Below, piece by piece: positions 52,742 to 62,953 of a stretch of DNA of 64,000 nt. Position numbers and translations under genes: made by a program. Under the pieces are notes generated by a model. That model saw only the letters and a program-made list of their open reading frames with translations. It searched no databases and had not been told where the DNA came from. This stretch comes from Candidatus Fervidifonticultor secundus (GTDB lineage Bacteria > Sysuimicrobiota > Sysuimicrobiia > Sysuimicrobiales > Humicultoraceae): positions 224,001-288,000 of the forward strand of contig JAVKIP010000001.1 in assembly GCA_031459385.1 (NCBI GenBank). The letters are read 5' to 3'. How positions within the stretch are numbered: position 1 is the first letter of the stretch; every line of letters starts with the position of its first letter.

Positions 52742-54208
52742 CTAGATGGCGATGAAGACGTTCTTCACCTCGGTGTACAGGTCCAGCGCGTGCATGCCCA
52801 GCTCGCGGCCGAACCCGCTCATCTTGAACCCGCCGAACGGCGCCTCCTGGTGCACGCTGTGGTTGGTGTTGATGCTGAGCACGCCGCTGCGGATCGCCTG
52901 TGCCATCCGCAGAGCCCGGCCCACGTCCCGCGTCCACACCGAGCCCGACAGGCCATAGGGCGAGTCGTTCACCATGCGCAGCGCGTCGGCCTCGTCGTCG
53001 AAGGGGATCAGGCAGGCCACCGGCCCGAAGATCTCCTCGCGGGCGACGCGCATCTCGTTGCGAGCCGCTACCAGCACCGTGGGCAGGAGGAACGCGCCCG
53101 CCGCCAGGCGCGGGTCGTCCGGCGGGGTGCCGCCGTAGGCCACGACGGCGCCTTCTTGGCGTCCCAGCTCGACGTAGCGCAGCACGTGGTCGCGCTGGGC
53201 CAGGGAGACCAGCGGCCCCATCTCGGTGGCCGCATCCAGCGGGTCGCCCACCCGCAGACGGCGCGCGCCGTCCACGAACAGCGCGGCGAAGCGGTCGTAG
53301 ACCGTCCGCTGCACGAAGACGCGGCTGCGGGCGCAGCAGTCCTGCCCGGCGTTGCCGTAGACCGCCAGCACCCCGGCCTGGGCGGCCCGCTCCAGGTCAG
53401 CGTCGGCGAAGATCACGTTGGGCGACTTGCCGCCGAGTTCCAGCGACACCCGGGTCATCGTCTCGGCAGCCAGCTTCATGATCTGGATGCCGGTGGTGGT
53501 CTCGCCGGTGAACGCCACCTTGCCCACCAGGGGGTGCGTGACGATGGCCGCGCCAACCGACGCCCCGGGACCCGTGACCACGTTGAGCACGCCCGGCGGC
53601 ACCCCGGCTTCCAGCGCCAGCGTTCCCAGCCGCAGCGCCGTCAGCGGCGTGTACGAGGCCGGCTTCAGGATCACGGCGTTGCCGGTGGCCAGCGCGGGCG
53701 CCACCTTCCACGAGGTGATGAGGAACGGGAAGTTCCAGGGGACGATGAGGCCCACGACACCGATGGGCTGACGCAGCGTGAAGTCCAGGCCGCGGTCGGC
53801 GACCGGGATCGTCTCGCCGAAGTGTTTGTTGGCGGCCCCCGCGTAGTACTCGAAGCAACCGGCCGCCGCCTCGACCTCGCCGCGCGCGTCGGCCAGCGTC
53901 TTGCCGCCCTGGCGCACCTCAAGGGTCGCCAGGTCCTCGGCGTGGCGGCGGATCGCTTCGGCCAGACGCGTCAGCACGCGGCCCCGCTCGGTCGCGCTCA
54001 GGCCGGCCCAGCGGCCGTCCTCGAACGCCTGCCAGGCGGCGCGCGCGGCGCGGTCCACGTCCTCGGGACCGGCCTGGGGCACCTCGGCGACGGCCGTGCC
54101 GGTGGCGGGGTCGGTGACCTCGAACGTCTTGTCGCCCAGCGCGTCCGTGGCCTCGCCCCCGATCAACATGGAGATCCGCATCCGCTGGACGCGCTGCTGT
54201 GTGCTCAT
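52742..54208 (-). CDS. Aldehyde dehydrogenase (PuuC/betaine-aldehyde-like)
   Basis: PWNFP, FTGET, LELGGKS, GQDCCA, EEIFGP. Confidence 0.93.
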   Translation of the reverse strand: MSTQQRVQRMRISMLIGGEATDALGDKTFEVTDPATGTAVAEVPQAGPEDVDRAARAAWQAFEDGRWAGLSATERGRVLTRLAEAIRRHAEDLATLEVRQGGKTLADARGEVEAAAGCFEYYAGAANKHFGETIPVADRGLDFTLRQPIGVVGLIVPWNFPFLITSWKVAPALATGNAVILKPASYTPLTALRLGTLALEAGVPPGVLNVVTGPGASVGAAIVTHPLVGKVAFTGETTTGIQIMKLAAETMTRVSLELGGKSPNVIFADADLERAAQAGVLAVYGNAGQDCCARSRVFVQRTVYDRFAALFVDGARRLRVGDPLDAATEMGPLVSLAQRDHVLRYVELGRQEGAVVAYGGTPPDDPRLAAGAFLLPTVLVAARNEMRVAREEIFGPVACLIPFDDEADALRMVNDSPYGLSGSVWTRDVGRALRMAQAIRSGVLSINTNHSVHQEAPFGGFKMSGFGRELGMHALDLYTEVKNVFIAI

Positions 54209-54427
54209 CGGCTCGCCTCCCCCGGGGTCTGGCGAGAACTTCCTCCCCCGGCGCGCCGCACCCTGCGTCGCCCGGTGGCGGCAACCGGAGGCCTGGGGGG
54301 GCGCGAGGGGCTACCGGGTGCTGCCCGACCGTCGTGCTGCCGCGCGAAAGACGGTACAATAACACCCACGATCTGCGGCGCCGTACCGGGCACCCACGGC
54401 GGCTCGGTCGGATGCGAGGAGGCTTGG

Positions 54428-55294
54428 ATGCCACTGCGCTTCTGCATCATCAACGGCTATCCCGCGAAGAACCGCGAGGTGCTGCTCCAGGCGGGGCACT
54501 GCAGCGCCGACGAGATGTACGTCCGGGCGTTTCGGACGCTTGCGCCCGAGGCCCGGTGCGAAGTGCTCTACCTCGCCGATCTGGACGTGCCGGTCCCCGA
54601 CGACGATTGGATCGCGGGCTACGACGCCTTCCTGTGGACCGGCTCGAACCTGACGATCTACGACGACGATCCGCGCGTGCAGCGCCAGATCGCGTTCTGC
54701 CGGCGGATCTTCCAGGTCGGCCGGCCCCAGTGGGGCAGTTGCTGGGGCGTGCAGATGGCGGCGGTGGCCGCGGGCGGCGAGGTGTCGAAGAACCCGCGCG
54801 GCCGCGAGATGGCCTTCGCCAGGAAGATCCGCCTGACGCCCGAGGGGCGCGCCCACCCCATGTACCAGGGGAAGCCCGACGTCTTCGATGGGTTCATCTC
54901 GCACCTCGACGAGGTCACGCGCATCCCCGAGGGCGGCACGCTGCTGGCCACCAACGACCATACGCAGGTGCAGGCGCTGGAGGTCCGGTGGGGCCGCGGC
55001 GTCTTCTGGGCCACGCAGTACCACCCCGAGTACGACTTGGTGCAGATGACCCGCCTGCTCGTGGCGCGGGGGGAGCACTTGATCCAGGAGGGCTTCTTCG
55101 CCGACCGCGCAGCCCTCGAGCACCGGGTGGCGCGCATGGAGGCCCTGGCCCGCGATCCGTCGCGCAAGGACCTGCGCTGGGACCTGGCGATCGACGACGA
55201 TCTGCTCGACGAGCGGATTCGCTGGGCGGAGCTGCGGAACTGGCTGCAGGTGCTGGTGTTGCCGGCCGCCGGCCAGCGGGTGGAGCGCGTCTAG
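54428..55294 (+). CDS. Type 1 glutamine amidotransferase-like protein
   Basis: WTGS, GSCWG nucleophile elbow, QYHPE; TACAAT at 54355-54360. Confidence 0.88.
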   Translation: MPLRFCIINGYPAKNREVLLQAGHCSADEMYVRAFRTLAPEARCEVLYLADLDVPVPDDDWIAGYDAFLWTGSNLTIYDDDPRVQRQIAFCRRIFQVGRPQWGSCWGVQMAAVAAGGEVSKNPRGREMAFARKIRLTPEGRAHPMYQGKPDVFDGFISHLDEVTRIPEGGTLLATNDHTQVQALEVRWGRGVFWATQYHPEYDLVQMTRLLVARGEHLIQEGFFADRAALEHRVARMEALARDPSRKDLRWDLAIDDDLLDERIRWAELRNWLQVLVLPAAGQRVERV

Positions 55295-55329
55295 GCCGGC
55301 CCTGGGGCATCGTCACCTCCTGCTGGCCG

Positions 55330-56655
55330 TCAGCCCCCGCCCGTTTCCTCGCCCGTCGCAGGCGCCGCGGCGGGGGAGGTACCGGCGGCACGCCGCGGGC
55401 GTGCAGGCGCCAGGGCCACCAGTCCCACCAGCGGGCCCGCCGCCAGCAGCGCGAACGCCCATCCCCACCGGGCCGCAGCCGGCAGCCCGAGTCGCGTGCC
55501 CGCGTCGAGCGTCAGGCCCACGGCAGCAGGGGAGGCTGCGGTGGCCGCCCATCCCAGCAGCATCTGGACCGCGAACGCGCCACCGAGCGAGCGCGCAGGG
55601 ACGACCTCCATCAGCGCTGCCGGATACGACGGTGAGTCGGCCAGGCTCACCGTACCGTAGAGGAGCGCGACACCCGCGGTGAGCGCCACCGGCGCCGCGA
55701 CGAGCCACCCGAAGCAAAGCGAGCAGACCAGGCTCACCGCCAGCATGACCCTGGCCGCCGGCATGCGTCCCAGCCGGTCGGAGAGCCGGCCTCCTGCGAC
55801 CGCGCCGAGCGCGCCGCCGGCGCCGATCGCCGCTGCGGCCATCAGCCCGCCCCATGCCAGCACGGCGCGGTCGGCCTCGCCGCGGGCCTGGAGCGAGGCG
55901 ACCATGAACGGCGCGAGCCACGTCCACAGGCCGAACAGCTCCCAGTTGTGGCCGGTGTACGCCAGGATCACCCTGCGGGCCGGAGCGTTGCCGAGCACGT
56001 CGCGGGCGTAGCGCGACAGGGCCGCGGGCCCCGGCGGCGCCGGGAGCGGTACGGCCGGTACCTGCCACGCCATGACCAGCGCGCCCAGCACCTCGAGCAC
56101 GCCCACGGCCGCCATGGTGGCCCGCCAGCCGATGCGCGGGACCAGCACGCCGGCGTAGACCAGTGGCAGGGCATAGGCCGCGACGATCGTGGCGATGAAG
56201 ATGCCGGTGGCGCTTCCGCGCGAGGCACGGGGCACGGTGTCGGCGATCTGCTTGAGGGCGGGCAGGTAGAGCCCGCCGACCAGCACCCCGACCAGCATCC
56301 GCAGGGCCAGTCCCGAAGGGAAGTCGCGCGCGGCTGCGGCGAAGGCCAGGTCGCCGATCCCCACGAGCGCGGCCGAGGCTGCCATGATGGGCTTGCTCTG
56401 CACGCGGTCGAGCAGGAAGCCGATGGTCACGTACGCCGCCAGCGTGCCCAGCTGGAAGCCGCCCAGGATCACGCCGGCCTGCGCGGCCGAGAGGCCCCAC
56501 GCCGTGCCCAGCACCGGAATCAGCGCCGAGAACACCAGCCCGGTCTGGTGGCCGAGGAACTGGCCGACGCAGAGGGCGACGAAGCCGCGCACCCACATCC
56601 GGCTCCCGGCACCGGGCGCGGACACCGGCGCGTCACGCATCGGACGCCGGTTCAC
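55330..56655 (-). CDS. MFS transporter
   Basis: About 12 hydrophobic segments, GRLSDRLGR motif; start overlaps the kinase stop. Confidence 0.9.
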   Translation of the reverse strand: MNRRPMRDAPVSAPGAGSRMWVRGFVALCVGQFLGHQTGLVFSALIPVLGTAWGLSAAQAGVILGGFQLGTLAAYVTIGFLLDRVQSKPIMAASAALVGIGDLAFAAAARDFPSGLALRMLVGVLVGGLYLPALKQIADTVPRASRGSATGIFIATIVAAYALPLVYAGVLVPRIGWRATMAAVGVLEVLGALVMAWQVPAVPLPAPPGPAALSRYARDVLGNAPARRVILAYTGHNWELFGLWTWLAPFMVASLQARGEADRAVLAWGGLMAAAAIGAGGALGAVAGGRLSDRLGRMPAARVMLAVSLVCSLCFGWLVAAPVALTAGVALLYGTVSLADSPSYPAALMEVVPARSLGGAFAVQMLLGWAATAASPAAVGLTLDAGTRLGLPAAARWGWAFALLAAGPLVGLVALAPARPRRAAGTSPAAAPATGEETGGG

Positions 56656-57560
56656 GCATCGCGCGCGAGGGCCAGCCAGGCCGGGAGCCGGGGATCGTCC
56701 AGCGCCCGGCGGTATCGGGCGAAGTGCGCATCGGCGCGGGCGGCGAAGTCGGGCGCGCTGGTGGCCAGGGCCTGCGCGGCCAGGTACCAGGTGGCATCCC
56801 GCATCTCTGCCAGGAGCCGCATGAGCTTGAGGCGGGCCATCCTAGCGGGCGTCACCCCGCCGAAGTAGGCGGTCAGCAGCGCGGCGTCGTCGGCGTCGCC
56901 GGGCGCATGGTAGATGGCGAAGGTGGCTAGGTCAAAGTACGGGTCGCCCAGGCCCGCGTACTCCCAGTCCACGATCCAGACCCGCGCGCCATCGTCGACG
57001 AGGTTGGCACCCCACAGGTCGTTGTGGCAGGGGACCAGCCGGGGCTCCGACTCCAGGACGGCTGCCACCTCGGCGAGGCGGGCGGTCAGGACCGGCAGAT
57101 CGCCGGGGGTCGGCACGCCCCGCGCACGCGCAGCGTCCAGGTAGGCCTCGGTCGTGCGCAGCGGAGAGAACCTCCCGGGGACGGGCGGCGGGCTCTCGTG
57201 GTAGCAGCGGACGGCTGCCACGACGCGCCGGACGACTGCCGGCGCCGCGGGCTCGCCGGGCGCCAGCGTCCGGCCGGGCACGAAGCGCGTGACCATGAGG
57301 CCGGCCTCGGGCGCGACGTGCACGACCTCGGGCGCCGCGCCGGCGCGGCTCGCGGCCAGCGCGCAGGCACGTTCCCGCTGGCGGTCGATCCCGAGCACCT
57401 CGGCCGCCGGCGCGAGCAGGCGCACCACGAAGGCCTCGCCGTCCACGTCCACGCGGTAGGTGCGGTTGGTGAGGCCGCCGGCGAGCGGTGCGATGCGCAC
57501 CGCGCGGGCCGTCCGCCACGCGGGAATCCGGGTGATGGCCTGCGCGATCTCGTCGCACAC
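56652..57560 (-). CDS. Choline/ethanolamine kinase family phosphotransferase
   Basis: GGLTN, Brenner motif CHNDL...N, VDWEYAG. Confidence 0.88.
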   Translation of the reverse strand: MCDEIAQAITRIPAWRTARAVRIAPLAGGLTNRTYRVDVDGEAFVVRLLAPAAEVLGIDRQRERACALAASRAGAAPEVVHVAPEAGLMVTRFVPGRTLAPGEPAAPAVVRRVVAAVRCYHESPPPVPGRFSPLRTTEAYLDAARARGVPTPGDLPVLTARLAEVAAVLESEPRLVPCHNDLWGANLVDDGARVWIVDWEYAGLGDPYFDLATFAIYHAPGDADDAALLTAYFGGVTPARMARLKLMRLLAEMRDATWYLAAQALATSAPDFAARADAHFARYRRALDDPRLPAWLALARDA

Positions 57561-57570
57561 GGCCGCGTTT

Positions 57571-57849
57571 TCACTCCCGCGCGCTCGCCCGGAACGCGTC
57601 GAACTGCGCCTCCAGTTCCGCCGCCACCGCCGCCGCCACGGCCTCGGGCTCCCCCTCCCGCTCCAGCTCCGGACCCACGTGCCAGCCCTGCAGGTAGGCG
57701 TCGGTGCCGGTCAGGCCCTGGCGCATCGCGGCCGCGTCGATGAGTCCCTGGAACCGCGGGTCGAGGGGGCGTCGCACCCGCACCGTCGCGTCGAACGCCT
57801 CGACCTGCGCCGGGATCGTCTGCCAGTAGGTGATGCGGTAGCGGGCCAT
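57571..57849 (-). CDS. Small Virulence_fact (Cvf-type) domain protein
   Basis: YW..IPAQV...RFQ..IDAAAM...DAYL..W pattern. Confidence 0.75.
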   Translation of the reverse strand: MARYRITYWQTIPAQVEAFDATVRVRRPLDPRFQGLIDAAAMRQGLTGTDAYLQGWHVGPELEREGEPEAVAAAVAAELEAQFDAFRASARE

Positions 57850-57856
57850 CGCGCCC

Positions 57857-58528
57857 TCAGCCCTGGCCCGCGGCCCGCATCTGCTCCACGAAGCGGATGG
57901 CCAGGGTGACGCCGGCCTGCGCGGTCTCGCCGTAGCCGTCGGCGGCGATCCTGCGCGCGAACGCCTCGGTCACCGGCCCGCCGCCCACCAGGATCGTGTG
58001 CCGCTCGCGGATGCCGCGGGCCTCGAAGAACTCGATGACCTCACGCATCGACGGCATCGTGGTGGTCATCAGCGCCGAGAGCCCCACGATCTGCGCGCCG
58101 GTCTCCTCCGCCTTCTCGACGAACTTCCCCGGGTGCACGTTCACGCCCAGGTTGTGGACCTCGAACCCGGCTACTTTCAGGAGCGTCCCGAACAGGTCCT
58201 TGCCGATCGAGTGCACGTCGCCCTTGACCGTACCGATCACCGCCACGCCGCGCTTCTGGTAGCCGGCGCCCTGGGCCAGGATCGCCGGTTCGAGCACCTT
58301 CATCGCCTCCAGGAAGACCTTGGCGGCCATCATGAGCTCCGGCAGGAAGATCTCCATGGCCTGGAACTTCTCGCCGATGACGGCGATCCCGGGCGAGAGA
58401 CCCTCGTCGATCAGCCGCAGCGGCGGCAGGCCCCGCTCCAGGCCCTGCCGGACCAGCGCGACGCCGCGGTCGGCGTCGTAGTCGAGCACCGCCTGCTTCA
58501 GGCCCTCCAGGAGGGCAGCCTCGTCCAT
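57857..58528 (-). CDS. Cognate corrinoid (B12-binding) protein, MtmC/MtbC-like
   Basis: Cap domain FLPELM, GTVKGDVHSIG (DxHxxG), SALMTTT, VGGG. Confidence 0.94.
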   Translation of the reverse strand: MDEAALLEGLKQAVLDYDADRGVALVRQGLERGLPPLRLIDEGLSPGIAVIGEKFQAMEIFLPELMMAAKVFLEAMKVLEPAILAQGAGYQKRGVAVIGTVKGDVHSIGKDLFGTLLKVAGFEVHNLGVNVHPGKFVEKAEETGAQIVGLSALMTTTMPSMREVIEFFEARGIRERHTILVGGGPVTEAFARRIAADGYGETAQAGVTLAIRFVEQMRAAGQG

Positions 58529-58585
58529 TCATGAACCTCCCCACGCGCCGCCGCCGCACGGCCCGCGCCGTGCGGCTCCGTGCGG

Positions 58586-59959
58586 CTAGCGCAGCGGCAG
58601 CCCCAGCCGGCGCAGGTCCTCCTTGGCCCGGGCGTAGATCTCGTAGTGCCAGGGTGCCGGCTCCAGCGTGTCCACATCGTAGCAGTCCTGGAACCGGTGG
58701 CCCTCCGGCGCGCCTTCCAGGTGCGGTTCGTAGCGGGCGAGTAGCGCCTGCACGATCTCGTTGCCCTGCTCGCGGGTCATGCCCGCGGCCGCGTGGGCCA
58801 CCTCGCACGCGAAGCGCATCTCCAGCGGGCTGTAGTTGTCCATCAGGATGCCCTTGGCCGGATGGACCGTCTCGATGTTGGCGCCCGAGACGACGTCGGC
58901 GATGATGCGGGCCGCGGTCTCGTCGTAGAGTTGTGGCGTGGCGGTCCCGGCCGCGGCGTAGCCCAGGTCGAAGTAGGGGAAGGCCATGTTGCGGCTGACG
59001 GCCTGGCAGCCCAGCGCGACGCTGGTCAGCACCTCGCGGGCCGTGGAGTTGGACTGGGTGATGTGCAGAGAGTAGAGCAGGTGGTAGGTGGCGCCTACCA
59101 GCAGGGGCCCGGCCATGATGTACGCCGCGTTGAGCACCGCCGAGCCAATGACCCCGCCGGCGAACCCACCGTAGATGGCGCCGGCCGCGAACCCCACGTT
59201 GCCCCCGAACGAGAGCACGGCGGCGGTCTTGTTGAGGACGTTGTAGTCTAGCTTCAGCTCCGACAGCGACACGATCAGCCAGCCGTCGCTGGGGCGCAGG
59301 CCGTACTCGCGGTTCGTCACGGCCAGCACGCCCATGGGCGACGCGGAGGTGGACAGCAGGTTGATGATGGGCAACCCCGGCCGCCCCGCACGGCGCATCG
59401 ACTCGCGCCCCAGCCGCACCGACTGGATGGCGGCGAAGATCTCCGAGGGGGCGCCGGCCTGGACCGGCATGCCGCGGATGCGGGTCAGCGCCGGGATGCT
59501 CATGGAGTCGGCCTGCGGGATGCGCGCGTAGCCTTCCACTACGGCCGAGGCGATCTCGTCGGAGGAGACCGGGATTCCGCCACCCACGTGGCACCACGGT
59601 CGCCGCGGGTCCTCGGGCCGGCGCGGCCGCATGGCCCCCCGGTCTTTCCCCTCGCCCAGCACGCACTCCCGCGGCGCGTGGTGGATCGCGTCGTCGAGTT
59701 CCTCCCGGGTGAACGTGATGACCCGGTTCGTGTCGGGGCAGTAGCAGCCTGTGTCCACCAGGAACTCCCTGGCGGCGTGGAAGATGCGGTCGGCCAGGTC
59801 GTCGTCCCACGGCACGACCACGTCCTTCGGCGGGGCCTTCAGCCCGTACCGGGCGACGGCCTTCGCCAGGTTCGGCACGAACCGCTGCATGTCGAACTCC
59901 TCCGGTGCGACGATCGGGCCGGTCGTCGCCCGCCGGCAGATCTCCAGGAAGGGCACCAT
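58586..59959 (-). CDS. mtmB: Monomethylamine:corrinoid methyltransferase (MtmB) homologue lacking pyrrolysine
   Basis: RATTGP, DDLADRIF.AA, YCPDTNRVI.FT.EE, AGRPG, IYGGFAGG, C-terminal FQDCYDV.TL.P; 457 aa open frame with no internal TAG. Confidence 0.85.
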   Translation of the reverse strand: MVPFLEICRRATTGPIVAPEEFDMQRFVPNLAKAVARYGLKAPPKDVVVPWDDDLADRIFHAAREFLVDTGCYCPDTNRVITFTREELDDAIHHAPRECVLGEGKDRGAMRPRRPEDPRRPWCHVGGGIPVSSDEIASAVVEGYARIPQADSMSIPALTRIRGMPVQAGAPSEIFAAIQSVRLGRESMRRAGRPGLPIINLLSTSASPMGVLAVTNREYGLRPSDGWLIVSLSELKLDYNVLNKTAAVLSFGGNVGFAAGAIYGGFAGGVIGSAVLNAAYIMAGPLLVGATYHLLYSLHITQSNSTAREVLTSVALGCQAVSRNMAFPYFDLGYAAAGTATPQLYDETAARIIADVVSGANIETVHPAKGILMDNYSPLEMRFACEVAHAAAGMTREQGNEIVQALLARYEPHLEGAPEGHRFQDCYDVDTLEPAPWHYEIYARAKEDLRRLGLPLR

Positions 59960-59992
59960 GCGTCTCCTCCTCGGCCCCGTGGGCAGCACCCG

Positions 59993-60907
59993 CTAGCGAC
60001 GGGCGCGCACGACCGCGGCGATGCGCCGGATGTGCTCGGGCGTGCTGCCGCAGCAGGCGCCCACGATGCGCGCGCCGGCCGCGACGATCGCCGGGTAGCC
60101 GGCGGCCATCGCGTCCGGGGCCAGGTCGTAAACCGTGCGGTCGTCGACGATCTTCGGCATGCCGGCGTTGGGATAAGCGACCAGCGGTCGGTCGGTGGCC
60201 GTGCGCATCCCGGCGATGATGACCGCAGCGCGCGCCGGGCCGCCCTCGCCGCAGTTGCAGCCGACGATGTCGGCGCCTGCCTCCGCCAGCACGCGCGCGG
60301 CCTCCGCCGGCGTCGAGCCCCAGAGGGTGCGGTCCATCTGCCGGGCCGCATTGTACTGGAAGAACATGGTGGCCATTACCGGCAGGCCCGTGGTCTCCTT
60401 GGCGGCCCGGATGGCGGCGACCGCCTCGTCGGGTACCATCATCGTCTCTACCGCGAGCAGGTCCACGCCCCCGTCGGCCAGCGCCATGGCCTGCTCGGCG
60501 AAGCTGGCGCGCATCTCGTCGACGGAGACGTCGCCCATCGCCGCCAGGGTGTCGGGCAGGTGCCCGGTGGGCCCCATGGAGCCCGCAACATACCTGCCCG
60601 GCGGACAGGCCGCACGCGCCAGCCTGGCCCCCAGGTAGTTCAGGTCGCGCACCCGCGCCTCGAGGCCGTAGGGCGCCAGTTTGAGCCGCGTGCCGCCGAA
60701 GGTGTTGGTCTCGACGATGTCCGCCCCGGCGGCGAGGTAGGCGCGGTGGATGCCCTCCACGACGTCGGCGCGGGTCTCGTTCCATAGCTCCGGGCAGGCG
60801 CCCTGCGTCAGGCCCGCCTCGAAGAGCATGGTGCCCATGGCGCCGTCGAGGATCAGGACCTCCGACGTCAGGCGTTCCAGCAGTTCCCGTCCGCGCGCGT
60901 CCCCCAT
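59993..60907 (-). CDS. Stand-alone homocysteine S-methyltransferase (MetH Hcy-binding module)
   Basis: ILDGAMGT, AGADIVETNTFG, Zn ligands GCNC and GACCG, YPNAG.P. Confidence 0.93.
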   Translation of the reverse strand: MGDARGRELLERLTSEVLILDGAMGTMLFEAGLTQGACPELWNETRADVVEGIHRAYLAAGADIVETNTFGGTRLKLAPYGLEARVRDLNYLGARLARAACPPGRYVAGSMGPTGHLPDTLAAMGDVSVDEMRASFAEQAMALADGGVDLLAVETMMVPDEAVAAIRAAKETTGLPVMATMFFQYNAARQMDRTLWGSTPAEAARVLAEAGADIVGCNCGEGGPARAAVIIAGMRTATDRPLVAYPNAGMPKIVDDRTVYDLAPDAMAAGYPAIVAAGARIVGACCGSTPEHIRRIAAVVRARR

Positions 60908-61038
60908 CGCTGTGTCCCTCTGGCTTGCGCGCCCGTGCGTCCACCGAGCCCACGTCTCGTACGTGGTGCCCGCGCATCCGCCCCGCCAAGACGCGCCCGG
61001 CCCGATCCGCTGGGCGTCCGGCGCGGCCCACCCTTTCG

Positions 61039-62907
61039 CTACCGAAACTGCAGCGCCTCCAGGAACACGTCCTGGAACTCCGGGTGCGTGGCGAGCGGCA
61101 CGTGCCGGATCCGGCCCGCCAGCGCCTCCGCCCGACGCCGCTCGGTCTCGGAGACCAGCGCCAGCTGCGCGCCCAGCCCGGCCGCGTTGCCCACGTAGTG
61201 TACGCGCTCCTGGGGCAGGCGCGGGATGAGTCCGATGCGCGCAGCGCTGTCGACGTTCAGGTAGTTCCCGAACCCGCCGGCCAGCAGCAGTTCCGCCAGC
61301 GCGCCGTCCGGCACGTCTGCCAGCCGCTGGAGCATGGCGATGCCGCTGCGGATCGCGCCCTTCGCGAGCTGCACCTGACGGATATCCGCCTGCGTCAGCA
61401 CCACGGCCTGGCCGGTGGCGGTCTCCGCCGCCGGCGCCACGAGGAAGGCGGGCAGGCCGTCGGGCAGGACGATCACCCGACGGCGCAGCGCGTCCGACAC
61501 GCCGGGCGGTGGCGAAGGATGGAGACGCCCGGAGGGGTCCACGATGCCTGCGTCCAGCAGCCCCGCGAGCAGGTCCAGCATACCCGAGCCGCACAGGCCG
61601 GCGGGCGCCACGTCGCCGATGACGTGATAGCGCACGTCGCGCCCGACATGCACCCGGTCCACGGCGCCGCGGGCCGCGCGCATGCCGCACCGCAGCTGCG
61701 CGCCTTCCAGCGCGGGGCCGGCGGGTGCCGAGCAGGCGACGAGCTCGCCGGCGCTGCCCAGTACCATCTCGCCGTTGGTCCCGATGTCCACCGCCAGGCG
61801 GGGCGGGCCGTCCGCGTCCAGCCGCGTGGCCAGGGCCATAGCCGTGGCGTCGGCCCCGACGAAGCCGGCCACGATCGGCAGCAGGAAGACCGGGGTTGCC
61901 GCGGGCAGCCGCAGGCCGACTTCGTGGGCGCTGAGGCGCAGCCCGCGGCGGACCCCCGGTGCGTAGGGTGCCTGCCCGACGTACGTGGGGTCCAGGCCCA
62001 GGAAGAGGTGGTGCATGACCGTGTTGCCGACCACGACGACTTTGTAGATGCGCTCGCGCGCGACCGCGGCCTGCCGGCACGCGTCGTCGATCTGGGCGTT
62101 CAGGTGCTGCAGCAACCGCACGTGCAGGCGCCGCACGTTGGCGGGGTGCTCCTGCGCGAACGCGATGCGCGACATCAGGTCGCCGCCGTAGGCGGCCTGG
62201 GGATTCAGCCCCGAGACCGTCGCCGCCACCGCGCCGCTTTGGAGGTCCACCAGGTAGCCGACGACGGTGGTGGTGCCGATGTCGAACGCCAGCCCGAACG
62301 CCTCTGCGCGCGTGTCACCGGGCTCCACGGCCAGCAGCAGGTTGCCGAAGAGAGCCACCGTAACTCCCGCCGGGCCGGCCCGCAGGAGCGACGGCAGCCG
62401 GCGCAGGGCGTCGAGGGCCACCTCCGTCCCCTCGGGCCGCGCGACGCCCAGCGGCCGCAGGAGCTCCTCCAGGTCAGAGGTGGAGCGCGTCTCGTCGGCC
62501 GGTGGAGCCGGGGCCACGAACGTCTTGACGAGCCCCGAGTCGAGGACGATCTCGTGCGCCGCCGGCAGCGTCGCCGTGGCGGCCAGGATCTGGAACGAAG
62601 CTTCCTCGAAGACCGGCGCCACCAGCGCGGTGAGATCGGTCCACGCCTCGGCCTGACAGGCCAGCCGGTAGCGGTCGCGCACCGCGTCGTCGCCGAGCTG
62701 CACGCGCTCGGCCAGCGAGGCCGGTGGCGGGGTGCCCGCGGTGATCTGCACGCGGCAGCTGCGGCAGCGGCCGCGCGCACCGCAGGTGGCCACGATCTCC
62801 ACCCCTGCCCGCTGCGCGGCGCGCAGCAGCGTCGTGCCCGCCTGGACGGCGACCGTCTGCCGTCCGGGCGCGAAGGTGATCGTCACCGGCTGGGTCACGG
62901 GCGGCAC
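61039..62907 (-). CDS. RACo/RamA-type ATP-dependent reductive activator of corrinoid proteins ([2Fe-2S] plus ASKHA)
   Basis: CGARGRCRSC...RLAC, DIGTTT, YGGD.MSRI, FVGAD, DIGTNGE, AGPALEG, LAGGFG, GNAA. Confidence 0.93.
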   Translation of the reverse strand: MPPVTQPVTITFAPGRQTVAVQAGTTLLRAAQRAGVEIVATCGARGRCRSCRVQITAGTPPPASLAERVQLGDDAVRDRYRLACQAEAWTDLTALVAPVFEEASFQILAATATLPAAHEIVLDSGLVKTFVAPAPPADETRSTSDLEELLRPLGVARPEGTEVALDALRRLPSLLRAGPAGVTVALFGNLLLAVEPGDTRAEAFGLAFDIGTTTVVGYLVDLQSGAVAATVSGLNPQAAYGGDLMSRIAFAQEHPANVRRLHVRLLQHLNAQIDDACRQAAVARERIYKVVVVGNTVMHHLFLGLDPTYVGQAPYAPGVRRGLRLSAHEVGLRLPAATPVFLLPIVAGFVGADATAMALATRLDADGPPRLAVDIGTNGEMVLGSAGELVACSAPAGPALEGAQLRCGMRAARGAVDRVHVGRDVRYHVIGDVAPAGLCGSGMLDLLAGLLDAGIVDPSGRLHPSPPPGVSDALRRRVIVLPDGLPAFLVAPAAETATGQAVVLTQADIRQVQLAKGAIRSGIAMLQRLADVPDGALAELLLAGGFGNYLNVDSAARIGLIPRLPQERVHYVGNAAGLGAQLALVSETERRRAEALAGRIRHVPLATHPEFQDVFLEALQFR

Positions 62908-62953
62908 GCGGGAGCAGTGCGCATCAGGTCTGCGACCTGGCCGCAGGGCAGCC

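Noticed and set aside
58586..59959. Pyrrolysine or selenocysteine recoding
   Set aside because: No in-frame TAG or TGA interrupts the gene and no pyl genes are in the window
58041..61031. 996-aa ORF and similar very long ORFs (30043-32919 minus, 45895-48573 minus, 46713-49361 plus, 12843-14942 minus)
   Set aside because: Arg/Gly/Pro-rich shadow frames overlapping well-supported genes; expected in high-GC DNA with few stop codons
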